Shown here piece after piece: positions 10,501 to 18,803 of a stretch of 32,000 nt of DNA (position 1 is the first letter of the stretch; each line of letters starts with the position of its first letter). The translations under genes were made by a program, and so were the position numbers. The DNA comes from Candidatus Lokiarchaeum ossiferum (GTDB lineage: Archaea; Asgardarchaeota; Lokiarchaeia; Sigyniarchaeales; Promethearchaeaceae), in assembly GCA_025839675.1 (NCBI GenBank), contig CP104013.1, positions 540,001 through 572,000 of the forward strand, written 5' to 3'. The notes beneath the pieces are model-generated. The model saw nothing but the letters and a program-made list of their open reading frames with translations, was not told the origin of the DNA and ran no database searches.

Positions 10501-12208
10501 TGAGGTAAAAGAAATATTAGAAAATACAGATTATAACACCTTGCGTGAGAATTTCTTACAGTTGGACGCAAGTTGGCTTAAATTTTATATTTCCCTAACA
10601 ATTAAATTCGAGATCCCTGAAATAGTCGATTTTCTGCATGGATTCTCTTTGCAAGACATCATCCAAATTTGGAATAATCCAAGAAATGAGGAAGAAGGGC
10701 AGAATTACTTGGATGAATTTTTGGTAAAATTACATGAAGTTCAATGGCCATATTTATCTGAGTTTATAGAATCTTTTGGACTGGATTATTATTCTCAAAG
10801 ATTAGCTGCAGAAAACATTACAAAAAAACCTGAAGAATTCTATGATTCACGTCTTCTGTGGTTTCTTTTAACACATGAATGGCCATCAAAAAATCTTTTT
10901 ATCGACCATTTTGATTTTATGACATTTGTACAAAATGAGAATGCCCATGCAGCTATCCATTTGTTAGAATTAATTGCACCTATTAATCTTTCAAATTTCA
11001 TTAACTTAGTAAAAGAGCTTTTTTTAAAGGTATTCTATGAAGAGAGGCATTTTGATTTACATTATGTAATTAAATATTGTATCGATGAAAAGATCCCATG
11101 GACAGAATGGGTTGATATTCCCTATATTATTAATGAAACAGAACAGGATACTCGTGAATCCAAAAGATTAATTGAAATCTTAAAGGAATCCGGATGGGAA
11201 CTCCCAGAACAAGTTAATCTTCTCCTTAAGCAACAAGATTCAAAGAAAAAACAAGACCATTTAAATCGGTTAAGTTCTATTTGGAAAGCCAATTATTATT
11301 TGGAGAATGGTCAGCAAGAAAAAGGTATAGAAATATATAAAAATACCATCAATGAAAGCAATATGAAGGGAAATATAGATAAAGCCATTAGAATAATTGA
11401 TGGATTAAAAAGAATCGACTCAAAAATTAAAGCAAATCTCGCTAATCTCATCTCAATTGAACTTTTCCAATCGGCTCATATTAAGGTAGAAGATCAATTC
11501 CATGATGTAGGACATTTATTGAAACGCTTAATTGATAGTGGACATTCACAAATTCCTGAAATTCTTTATGAAATTTTCATTAGAATGTCTCCAAAAAATA
11601 CAAATAAATTAGTGGAAATCATCTTGAGATATTGTTCATTAGAGCAATATTATGAAAATCTATGGCATTTATTATGGAAACATCAGAAATATGAATACTT
11701 GAATGGTTTGACGGATAAATTTGATGGGATAACTGCAAAAAATCAAAATGTAATAGAACCGAAACTTTTCATCGAATTGTTGGATAATTGGTTTCTTTGG
11801 GAAATGTATCTCCGGATTTGTATTTACGTTAATGAAGATTCTTCCCAAAAAGAACAATCACTTTTAGACAGTCTTTTCTCGGATAAGCTATCCATCGAAA
11901 GACTTTTGGGACTAATTCATATCGAAAAACGGACAAAATCAAGTATCATTCAAAGATTATTTACGTTAGATCAATCGACTTTGTATGGAATCATATCTCG
12001 TTCCTCTCCGACATCTTTTATTCGATTTCTACAATTGATGCAGAGTAATTGCCCATATTCTAGTTATGCTGAATTTATTCATCGAATTGAAAACGAGAAA
12101 TGGGAAAACCTCTTTGAGAATCTCGATGATGAGATGAAAATGAGCGTCAAGATACTATTTATGAGTGTTGGTGTTTCAATTTTTGATAGTTTGGAAATCT
12201 ATGATTAA
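7517..12208 (+). CDS. NERD nuclease-domain / P-loop NTPase / long alpha-helical repeat protein (1563 aa; STAND/Avs-like tripartite layout)
   Basis: NERD-type pattern 'SRDVDILVLLNDRIHLIELKGHTFTDIPMNGKWQFY....ETPYQQAINTANSLKKWI' (nt ~7650-7870). Walker A 'GIVGAAASGKSTLTRLIG' (nt ~8755-8810). Walker B-like 'EIYIICENIHLF'. About 1000 aa of helical sequence follow, with recurring [LI]xx[LI]xxxxW[PGE] units. Confidence 0.75.
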   Translation: MVKVFSEIGSNKISKQHKKIIRWMEQSSEFKDAVVFLEFRFHGFGSRDVDILVLLNDRIHLIELKGHTFTDIPMNGKWQFYDHKTHQKKEYPPEGRRNQETPYQQAINTANSLKKWIQNHCNELTGELADSINIQNFLKSEEEFDIFPIVFINDNKFLDKKKIQEHPWCKICVGTAQLKKKLKRKYDTSVKLDSIFFEEMADMFNISDQKKSKKGRINQTLIKILRYMKKNNPKWKDQEIIRDTVFESGECRKAEVRKAIKRGKKENIIFQSSEGLILNELFSKLINLQKSSESAYKEWEHITLLSIYQRNGPELFKLYVDHIYGNPVDLTAQDQMIKSNQILSSIQIIPGNLLYYLFSEEIQYNSPSPSGFFRSGGIIHCDIQDQNYAPFIDKTGFEMSQLLAQKLRSGKIVGIVGAAASGKSTLTRLIGFQLLEMQKSVIYFTPSDFNDEIVHRIIEYEGNAEKDENSEIYIICENIHLFSDVQAQNLVKIISKAHSSRFLVTSRYIGDTFLEKIPTKIKDKNRIDIIDLDDEAQILQRYEGLTRTFLQYKFSQITGKQIDQVVKYILKNSTKVVSLIQIELLSIVDVKNIKELTNRWLSPSFHNQYFESTLEKYVESKISTLIDENSNKEEEIRTLLYCIVVFASLEIPLRQDLLVTISQINPESIYEYFTQWESLNEFQLNEYADICLHPVLAQKILDILPKISENWNFLESSLMKLHAKTPGLSISDKVRQIIVEEDPTFLGQILGSQGERSPFLDFRSIDIKRLAFYFDTISFEEFVEIIRIVRYYNPYWSQLRWNELFELLTIPNIIEMILECESIQSLLSFLRILDESRWPGFWEIIDSLSVDFLIDLFDEEFDDADRSLRQLRQWGYPKINYLEYQIVFDAVFRMIENQRNRQYWRIPFVITEPAFSTIQNMDVDSLIQNKLKADWLSFTKFIEFIDTNAARLHCDNNLRGKMINNVLSDNLQRYDIDMYCTALRLIKSTGSDQNSEVKEILENTDYNTLRENFLQLDASWLKFYISLTIKFEIPEIVDFLHGFSLQDIIQIWNNPRNEEEGQNYLDEFLVKLHEVQWPYLSEFIESFGLDYYSQRLAAENITKKPEEFYDSRLLWFLLTHEWPSKNLFIDHFDFMTFVQNENAHAAIHLLELIAPINLSNFINLVKELFLKVFYEERHFDLHYVIKYCIDEKIPWTEWVDIPYIINETEQDTRESKRLIEILKESGWELPEQVNLLLKQQDSKKKQDHLNRLSSIWKANYYLENGQQEKGIEIYKNTINESNMKGNIDKAIRIIDGLKRIDSKIKANLANLISIELFQSAHIKVEDQFHDVGHLLKRLIDSGHSQIPEILYEIFIRMSPKNTNKLVEIILRYCSLEQYYENLWHLLWKHQKYEYLNGLTDKFDGITAKNQNVIEPKLFIELLDNWFLWEMYLRICIYVNEDSSQKEQSLLDSLFSDKLSIERLLGLIHIEKRTKSSIIQRLFTLDQSTLYGIISRSSPTSFIRFLQLMQSNCPYSSYAEFIHRIENEKWENLFENLDDEMKMSVKILFMSVGVSIFDSLEIYD

Positions 12209-12229
12209 AACTTTGAGAGGAAGGAAAAA

Positions 12230-12448
12230 ATGGCAAGATTGGATTTACATAATTGTACTCTTGAGGATGCTAAAATGGAAATATTTAGTTTTCTTCAACA
12301 CACGCTTGTCACTCGTGATCCAACTGTGGAAATTATCCACGGGCATATTCATGACACATAAATTCGAGATTTCATTGATTCCACAGATTTCCAAGAAAGA
12401 TGTCAAAAAGAGGGGATCTGCATTGAAAATAAAATTCGACATAGCTAA
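12230..12448 (+). pseudogene. Smr-like (small MutS-related nuclease domain) ORF interrupted by an in-frame TAA
   Basis: ATG 12230 lies 21 nt after the NERD gene stop and is preceded by GAGAGGAAGG. Translation: 'MARLDLHNCTLEDAKMEIFSFLQHTLVTRDPTVEIIHGHIHDT', then TAA at 12359-12361, then in the same frame 'IRDFIDSTDFQERCQKEGICIENKIRHS' to TAA at 12446-12448. The first half fits the Smr pattern LDLHG.t..eA......fl.......v.iIHG. The second half fits only weakly. Confidence 0.4.
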
Positions 12449-12688
12449 GGTGGAGCTACGACATTTACAATCGAAATTCCTATAATGAATTCTCCAAACT
12501 CACAACAGGATTCTGAAAATCGTTGTATATGTTGAAGAATTGTAAAAAAATAACGCTTTAATATTATTTAGTTCATCTTTTCTTGAGATTTGTTCATTTA
12601 TTTATTGACTACGAAGAAAAATTGATTATCTTCTTTGATGAATGTCAAAAATCAAAATTTTTTTATATTTCATTGAAAAGAAGATATT

Positions 12689-13537
12689 ATGGGGCATTAT
12701 CTTCGTCAAAAAGATTTAGAGTATTTATTTTCTTCAAAGATTACTGTATCCTCTATTGTTGAAGATTTAGATTTACTAGATATTTCTAATTCTGTAGAAG
12801 ACTTCCACGAACAAATGAAAACTAATAATTTTGATGTTTTTGGAGTTAAAAAAGATGGAAAAAATATTGGATATGTTAATTTGGTGGATATTCAAGACCA
12901 ATTAGAGAAAGAACCAGAAGAAAGGGATGTTATCGAAAATATTTATAAGGAATTTAAAATCGGAGAGCTGATATCTTCTCATACTCCAATTTTGAAAACC
13001 ATCCTTCTAATGAAAGAAAAAAAGCGTTTATTTATTCTAGAAAATGAAAAAATCTCTGGCATTATAACTAAAGCAGATTTGCAAAAGATCCCTGTCCGAG
13101 TTGTCCTTTTTGGATATATTAGTATCTTTGAACATTTCCTCAATACATTAATTAATGAAAAAGCACCTGAAATTAATTTATCTGGAATTATTCCAGAAGA
13201 AAAGATACAAGAAGCAAATAGACTTCTTGAACAAAAAAAAATAAATAAAGAAGAAATCGATTTAATTGGTTGTTTGACTTTATCTTCTAAAGCTAAAATT
13301 CTCCATAAGGGAATAGAAGGTAATACTTGTGAGACAATATTCAATATTTCTAAATCTAAACTTAGCAAAATTTGTTCCCATGCAGATAAGATTCGAAATA
13401 GTATATATCATTCTCAAAAAACTATTAGTTTGAATATCAAGGACAAGATTATGGATAATCTCCTCGAAATGCAAAAAATTTTGGATAATCAACCATTATT
13501 TTTTGATAATTGGCCGACTAAGAGTCTTCCAAATTAA
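12689..13537 (+). CDS. CBS-pair domain protein with C-terminal HEPN-like (R-N-x3-H) helical domain; candidate ligand-gated RNase
   Basis: 282-aa ORF flanked by 240 bp and 535 bp of non-coding DNA. Two CBS-like units: 'ITVSSIVEDLDLLDISNSVEDFHEQMKTNNFDVFGVKKDGKNIGYVNLVDI' and 'KIGELISSHTPILKTILLMKEKKRLFILENEKISGIITKADLQK'. The C-terminal helical part contains 'HADKIRNSIYHSQK' (R-N-S-I-Y-H at nt 13394-13411), which matches the HEPN Rx4-6H motif with the typical polar residue after the Arg. Confidence 0.65.
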   Translation: MGHYLRQKDLEYLFSSKITVSSIVEDLDLLDISNSVEDFHEQMKTNNFDVFGVKKDGKNIGYVNLVDIQDQLEKEPEERDVIENIYKEFKIGELISSHTPILKTILLMKEKKRLFILENEKISGIITKADLQKIPVRVVLFGYISIFEHFLNTLINEKAPEINLSGIIPEEKIQEANRLLEQKKINKEEIDLIGCLTLSSKAKILHKGIEGNTCETIFNISKSKLSKICSHADKIRNSIYHSQKTISLNIKDKIMDNLLEMQKILDNQPLFFDNWPTKSLPN

Positions 13538-14072
13538 AGATCTGTAAAAGTTTATGGTTTTTTTTATGTCTTGAAAATCAACAAGGAAAGTATTGATCAT
13601 ACAGTTTCAACCGTTCATTTTCACTTTTATCATTTTGGTTTTTTTTTAAATGTAGTTGTGCATTCACTCCGGTTGGTGTCTGTTTCAGTAATAATGATCG
13701 AATTCTAGTATCTAACAAACCATGCATAATCACAGTCTATTAATGGTATCAATATCTAAATTTTCGAGTTTTCTGGAGAATGGTGGTTAAATTTGTAGTC
13801 TTTCAATACATCATGATGAACATTTCCCATATATTGTTCGTACTTCTTTAGAAAGGATTCATTTTTAATTACTCTAATATAAACAAAGTATATATTTTGT
13901 AAATTTAATCATAAGGAATTAAGAAGTTTTTTATGGAGACAATAACAAGTTTTAAAAAAGAAACAGACTGAATCTTTACTTTCATTTGTAAGACAAAGAA
14001 AAATAAACATTCAAAATAGAGGTTATTAAAATTAATAGTAAATCAATTCCCGATTTTAGTATTGGTGAGATA

Positions 14073-16952
14073 GTGACTGCCAGACAGCGTCTTTGGCGGA
14101 TAGATCAAATCCATTTTGATGAAAACCAAGAATTCTATTATTACTCAGTAAGTAATGTTTCAGGGGTACCTTCTAATGAAGTACTCTTTCCTAGCATTGA
14201 ATCGATTAAAAAAAGTGAAATACCTCCTCCCGCAAAAGATAAATTAGGTTCTCCTCGATATCAACAACTCCTACTACAAGCACTCCGATTAGATTTAATT
14301 TATGGCACAACTTCTTTTATCAGCCTTCAAAATTCAAAAGTAATCCCCATTTCATATCAAATGGTTCCTGTTCTCATGGCGCTGAATATGAAAAAGGTGC
14401 GTTTACTTTTAGCCGATGATGTAGGTCTTGGTAAAACCGTAGAAACGGGACTTATTTTACAGGAATTATTAGGACGGAAACGAATTAATCGTGTGCTTTT
14501 TGTAACTCCGGCGAATCTTCGGGAGCAATGGCAAACTATTCTTCGTAATTTCTTTGGAATAGATGCCGTTATTATGTCTCGTCGTAATCGACGTCATCTG
14601 GAATCGGAATTATTAGTAGGAGGTAGTCCTTGGGGATACTACAATTTTGTGATTACATCTGTAGATTATGCCAAACAACTTGATGTACGCAGCGAAATAA
14701 TGCAATTTAATTGGGATATGGTAGTAATGGATGAAGCCCATAACATTATGATGCCACACGGAGGGGTAGATGATGTTGATAATAAAAACATTAAAAAAAG
14801 TTATTTATTTGCCCGTCAATTGACCGAAAAATATCCTCACCTTTTACTATTAACCGCGACTCCTCATAATGGCTATAAAGATTCATATACAAGCTTATTG
14901 AAGATGGTTAATCCCAATATTATTGAAGAGGTTGATACCGAAATTGAGATTGACAAAGATTTGGCAATTAACCATGTCTGCCAACGTCGAAGACATGATG
15001 TGGAACAATGGATCGGGGATCGCTATGAAAAAAGTCCATTTCCAGAACGCGATTCTGATGAGATTTTCATCACTCCTTCAGACCAATTCCACCATACTAT
15101 GGAAAAACTCTCTAAATTTGCGAATTATGTTATGAATTACGTAAATAAACTCACCACTGAAGATAATCAACGCAGTTATTGGACAATCTTACACTTTTTC
15201 AAACGTGCAATCAGTTCACCGGAAGCATTAATATGTTCTATTGATAATCGAAATGATGAAATAGATAAAAAATTAAATGAAAAACATCAAGCGATTGAAA
15301 ATTTAACACAGTTCCTTTCGATAGAAGAAGCCGGGCAATCAGTATTAGATGGTGCAGAAACCGATCGAATTTCGGAGGAAGAACGAGATATTCGAAACGA
15401 TCGAATTGTTTTAGCACAATCAATGGATTTATTATCCCAAGAAAAGGGTTTATTACTTGAGGTACAGGTAGAAGCGGAGAAATTAAAGAAAAAAGACAGA
15501 AAAGTGGATGAACTTATCAATGAAATTATTCCTAATTTATTAAAGAATTCCAAAAAAGTCATTCTATTCACCCGATATATCGACACGTTGAAATATATTC
15601 ACCAAAATCTCAAAGAAACCATAGATAGCGGATCGTTGCGATATAAAGGAATGGATCTCTTTTATGTGCATGGGCAACTCCCATCTCAAAAACGTATGGA
15701 AATTTATGACGATTTCTTAAAAAATCCTGCAGCGATTTTAATCTCCACGGATTGTATGGCAGAAGGGATTGATTTGCAATTTTCTGCCAATCAAATCATC
15801 AACTATGAATTGACCTGGAATCCGAACCGGCTTGAACAAAGGAATGGACGGGTGGATCGATTCGGACAACCGGAACCAAAGGTGTTCATCCGCACCTTGA
15901 TCATGAAAGACACGATTGAAATGGATATATTAGAATTACTTGTTAAAAAAGCTCAGAATATTAAAGAAGAATATGGATTTGTCCCCGGGTTTTTCGGAGA
16001 TCCAAAGGATATAATTGATCGCTTGACGAAAAGACGGAAAGAAAAACTAAAACCACAAGCAACTTTGGATAGCTATTTGAAATTAACTCCTAGAATAATG
16101 GATGATTTGGTCTCGACTTTCTACAATAAAGAAAATCTGGAAGAAATTCTGAAAGATTCATTTTACGGTCATAATAATATTGATTTACAAGAGATTGAAC
16201 ATCGGATGCAGATGAGTCAAGAAAAAATCGGTTCAAGCGCCACGATATTTGCATTCTTAAAATCTTCAGTGCAACTCTATAAAGGGAATCTAACTCAAGC
16301 TAAAGAAAACGAACATATTTTTGAGGTGCAATTACCACCCGAAATACTACATGATCTCAATGTAGAGGTGGAGGGCCCAATTCGGGTGACACAAAATATG
16401 AATCTTGGTGCTACACGAAAAGATGTTGATGCTTTGAGCTTAAAAAATGCTTTAATTGCTGGATTAATTGAAAAGGTAAAAAATGAAGCTTTTATTGAAG
16501 AAAAACAATTTTACGGTCGAACTGCAGCATTTACGTCTACACATGCCGAAACGGTAAAAGCAATATATCATCTGAAAATCCGGTATTATATAAACACTGA
16601 TCCACCGAGTATCACTGAAGAGATTACCACATTGGGTATAGATTTATTTTCTGAAGATATCTTAACCGAAAAGTCTATCAATCAAATAATCTCCGGTGAA
16701 ATGAATAATGCGGGGAAACCTGATGCATTTGTATTAAAACATATTGCCAAAGCATTAGAAAATACTGATCTGGAAATAAAATTTGAAGATCTTGCAAATC
16801 GACGAAAACAAGAATTGATTAATGAGCGTACTGATTTGATCCAACGATTACAGGAACAGGGTTTGACTGCAGATTTGCAGGGGATTTCAGATGTTAAAGT
16901 TGTGGGCACAGATCTTCTCACGATCGCTATAATCTATCCTCAAGGAGATTAA
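14073..16952 (+). CDS. drmD: SNF2-family helicase (DISARM DrmD-like)
   Basis: Motif I 'LLADDVGLGKTVETG' (nt 14425-14439). Motif II 'VVMDEAHN' (14730-14741). Motif III 'LLLTATPHNG'. Motif V 'STDCMAEGIDLQ'. Motif VI 'WNPNRLEQRNGRVDRFGQ' (~15838-15870). GTG 14073 is the first canonical start. The frame is open upstream to nt 14007 and encodes a plausible N-terminus ('SIPDFSIGEIVTARQRLWRI'), so the start is uncertain. Confidence 0.85.
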   Translation: MTARQRLWRIDQIHFDENQEFYYYSVSNVSGVPSNEVLFPSIESIKKSEIPPPAKDKLGSPRYQQLLLQALRLDLIYGTTSFISLQNSKVIPISYQMVPVLMALNMKKVRLLLADDVGLGKTVETGLILQELLGRKRINRVLFVTPANLREQWQTILRNFFGIDAVIMSRRNRRHLESELLVGGSPWGYYNFVITSVDYAKQLDVRSEIMQFNWDMVVMDEAHNIMMPHGGVDDVDNKNIKKSYLFARQLTEKYPHLLLLTATPHNGYKDSYTSLLKMVNPNIIEEVDTEIEIDKDLAINHVCQRRRHDVEQWIGDRYEKSPFPERDSDEIFITPSDQFHHTMEKLSKFANYVMNYVNKLTTEDNQRSYWTILHFFKRAISSPEALICSIDNRNDEIDKKLNEKHQAIENLTQFLSIEEAGQSVLDGAETDRISEEERDIRNDRIVLAQSMDLLSQEKGLLLEVQVEAEKLKKKDRKVDELINEIIPNLLKNSKKVILFTRYIDTLKYIHQNLKETIDSGSLRYKGMDLFYVHGQLPSQKRMEIYDDFLKNPAAILISTDCMAEGIDLQFSANQIINYELTWNPNRLEQRNGRVDRFGQPEPKVFIRTLIMKDTIEMDILELLVKKAQNIKEEYGFVPGFFGDPKDIIDRLTKRRKEKLKPQATLDSYLKLTPRIMDDLVSTFYNKENLEEILKDSFYGHNNIDLQEIEHRMQMSQEKIGSSATIFAFLKSSVQLYKGNLTQAKENEHIFEVQLPPEILHDLNVEVEGPIRVTQNMNLGATRKDVDALSLKNALIAGLIEKVKNEAFIEEKQFYGRTAAFTSTHAETVKAIYHLKIRYYINTDPPSITEEITTLGIDLFSEDILTEKSINQIISGEMNNAGKPDAFVLKHIAKALENTDLEIKFEDLANRRKQELINERTDLIQRLQEQGLTADLQGISDVKVVGTDLLTIAIIYPQGD
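16943..16947 (+). promoter_or_regulatory. Shine-Dalgarno AGGAG for the first methyltransferase gene
   Basis: AGGAG lies inside the last codons of the SNF2 gene, 11 nt before ATG 16959. Confidence 0.5.
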
Positions 16953-16958
16953 AGTTAG

Positions 16959-18803
16959 ATGGCATCACAAGCAAAATTATTACGAAATATTACCACTAAT
17001 GGAGGACTATTTACCGAAAATATTTTACTGAAATTACGGGATCGTCCCAATTCTAAGAATATTGGCAAAATAACTTATTTTTATTTTCCAGAAGAGATAG
17101 AAGAGATTCAAAAAACTGGAAATCCACCACAAACTCTCGATTCTCTTGAGATAAAGCAAAAACGGGAAAAGCTGAAATCCTTACAATCTTCTATTTTTAA
17201 TTGGGGACAACGTAAGTGGGAAGAAACATATCCTGATTTGGAATTAAATAAATTGGAAGATCCAGACATAGAAACAAAATGGTTGCTTCCTTTATTAGAA
17301 CAGATCGGTTATGAACTTGAGCCTTTTGACCGATCTTCTGATGATGGGACTGATACAGGGGTGTTAGGTGATTTTCAAATCAAATATCAAACAACAAATC
17401 CATCTATCCAATTGTTTTTTCATTTTGTTTGCCCTAATGATGATTTAGATAAAAAAATAAAAACAAATCCCAAACAACTTTCACATCATGATATTTGCCA
17501 GCAATATGTGAACTATCATCCAGATGTGAAATGGCTTATTCTTTCTAATGGTACTCAATTACGTCTCCTCTCTACATATTATTACTCATATTCTAAAGGT
17601 TATTTGGAGTTCAATCTAAAAGATATTTTTGGAGGAGATCTTCAGGAATTTTTAGTATTTTTTAATATATTGCATCCTTCTCGGTTTATAAAAATCGAAC
17701 CGGATAAACATTCACTTATTGAAGATTTTCAAGCAGAATCACAGGAAGAAGGTGTAAAAGTAGGAAATAATCTTCGAGATAATGTGCATAATGCAATCGA
17801 AACTCTAGGGAATCAGCTTATCCAACAAAATAACGAATTATATACAAATATTAAAAATGAAAAGATCAATTTACAAGAGTATTACGCCGAATTACTGCGA
17901 ATCATATACCGGATCATTTTCATTTTATATGCGGAGCAAAGAAATATGTTGCCCGGATCCGGAACGTTATATTTCAAAAATTTTTCCTTATCTTCCTTTC
18001 GGATGCTGGCAGAAAAACCAATTAAAAACGATTCCCAATCGGATTTATGGCAAAAACTTTTTGTTACTTTTCAACTAGTGAGAGATGGCAATAGTTTTAT
18101 GGGAATACCTTGTTTTAATGGAATCTTATTTGATAATACCAATTTGTCTATTTTATTTCCAGATGGTAAAGAAAAAGGTATTATATATTCAGTTTCAAAT
18201 GATATTACATTAGGGATCATCCGACTACTTACTACAGCCCAATTTGGAAACATTCGCCAACGCATCAATTTTATAGAAATTTCAGAGGAAGAAATTGGAG
18301 CTATTTATGAATCATTGCTTGAATATCGCCCAATATTTGATAAAAGAGGAAATTTTAATTTGGAATACGAATCTAATGAAAGGAAAGGTACCGGAACCTA
18401 TTATACTCCAAAAAATATAATTGATATCTTTATTAAAAATACGATAGAACCAAAAATTCGATTTATATTAGATGAACATGCTGGAAATCCACAGATACAG
18501 GAAAATGAAATAAGAAAATTAAAAATATGTGATCCTGCTTGTGGTAGTGGCACATTTCTTCTTTCAGTATTAGATTCTATGGGTGAACATTTAGCCAAAA
18601 TTCGTAGTCCAAATTCCTATCCAACTGAAATAGAATTAAGAAATGCACGACGTGAAATCTTACAACATTGCATTTATGGTGTCGATAAAAATCAACTTGC
18701 AGTGGAATTGTGTAAAATTTCTCTTTGGTTACGGGCATGTGTTAAGGATAAACCTTTGAATTTTCTCGATAATCATATTAAATGTGGAGATTCACTACTA
18801 GGT
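16959..18803 (+). repeat. Copy 1 of a ~1.85-kb diverged direct repeat (shared N-terminal half of the two methyltransferase genes)
   Basis: Aligns codon-for-codon with 20657-22503, from 'KLLRNITT.GGLFTENILL' to 'DNHIKCG.SL.G'. Long identical peptide runs are present (e.g. YYAELLRIIYRIIFILYAEQRNMLPGSGTLYFKNFSLSSFRM) despite many synonymous nucleotide differences. Confidence 0.85.

Noticed and set aside
12165-12485. 106-aa ORF from the six-frame track, overlapping the end of the NERD-NTPase gene.
   Set aside because: It starts inside the upstream gene and has no SD or recognisable motif. A different frame across the same DNA (12230-12448) has an SD and an Smr-like N-terminal pattern, so this ORF is most likely a frame shadow.
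12979-13492. Minus-strand ORFs (12979-13368 and 13280-13492) antisense to the CBS-HEPN gene.
   Set aside because: They are nested within a motif-bearing plus-strand ORF and have no motifs or SD. They are shadow ORFs.
13690-13870. Short minus-strand reading frame in the long spacer (..KKYEQYMGNVHHDVLKDYKFNHHSPENSKI*). It could be a gene remnant.
   Set aside because: It has only about 50 open codons, its only ATG is late, there is no SD, and it has no recognisable similarity. This is insufficient to call a gene or pseudogene.
15238-15586. Minus-strand ORFs antisense to the SNF2 gene. Similar short antisense or out-of-frame ORFs lie inside the methyltransferase and DrmA-like genes (e.g. 18071-18268, 22099-22371, 25663-25884, 28646-28909).
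   Set aside because: All are embedded in long ORFs with strong helicase or methyltransferase motifs. None has independent support.
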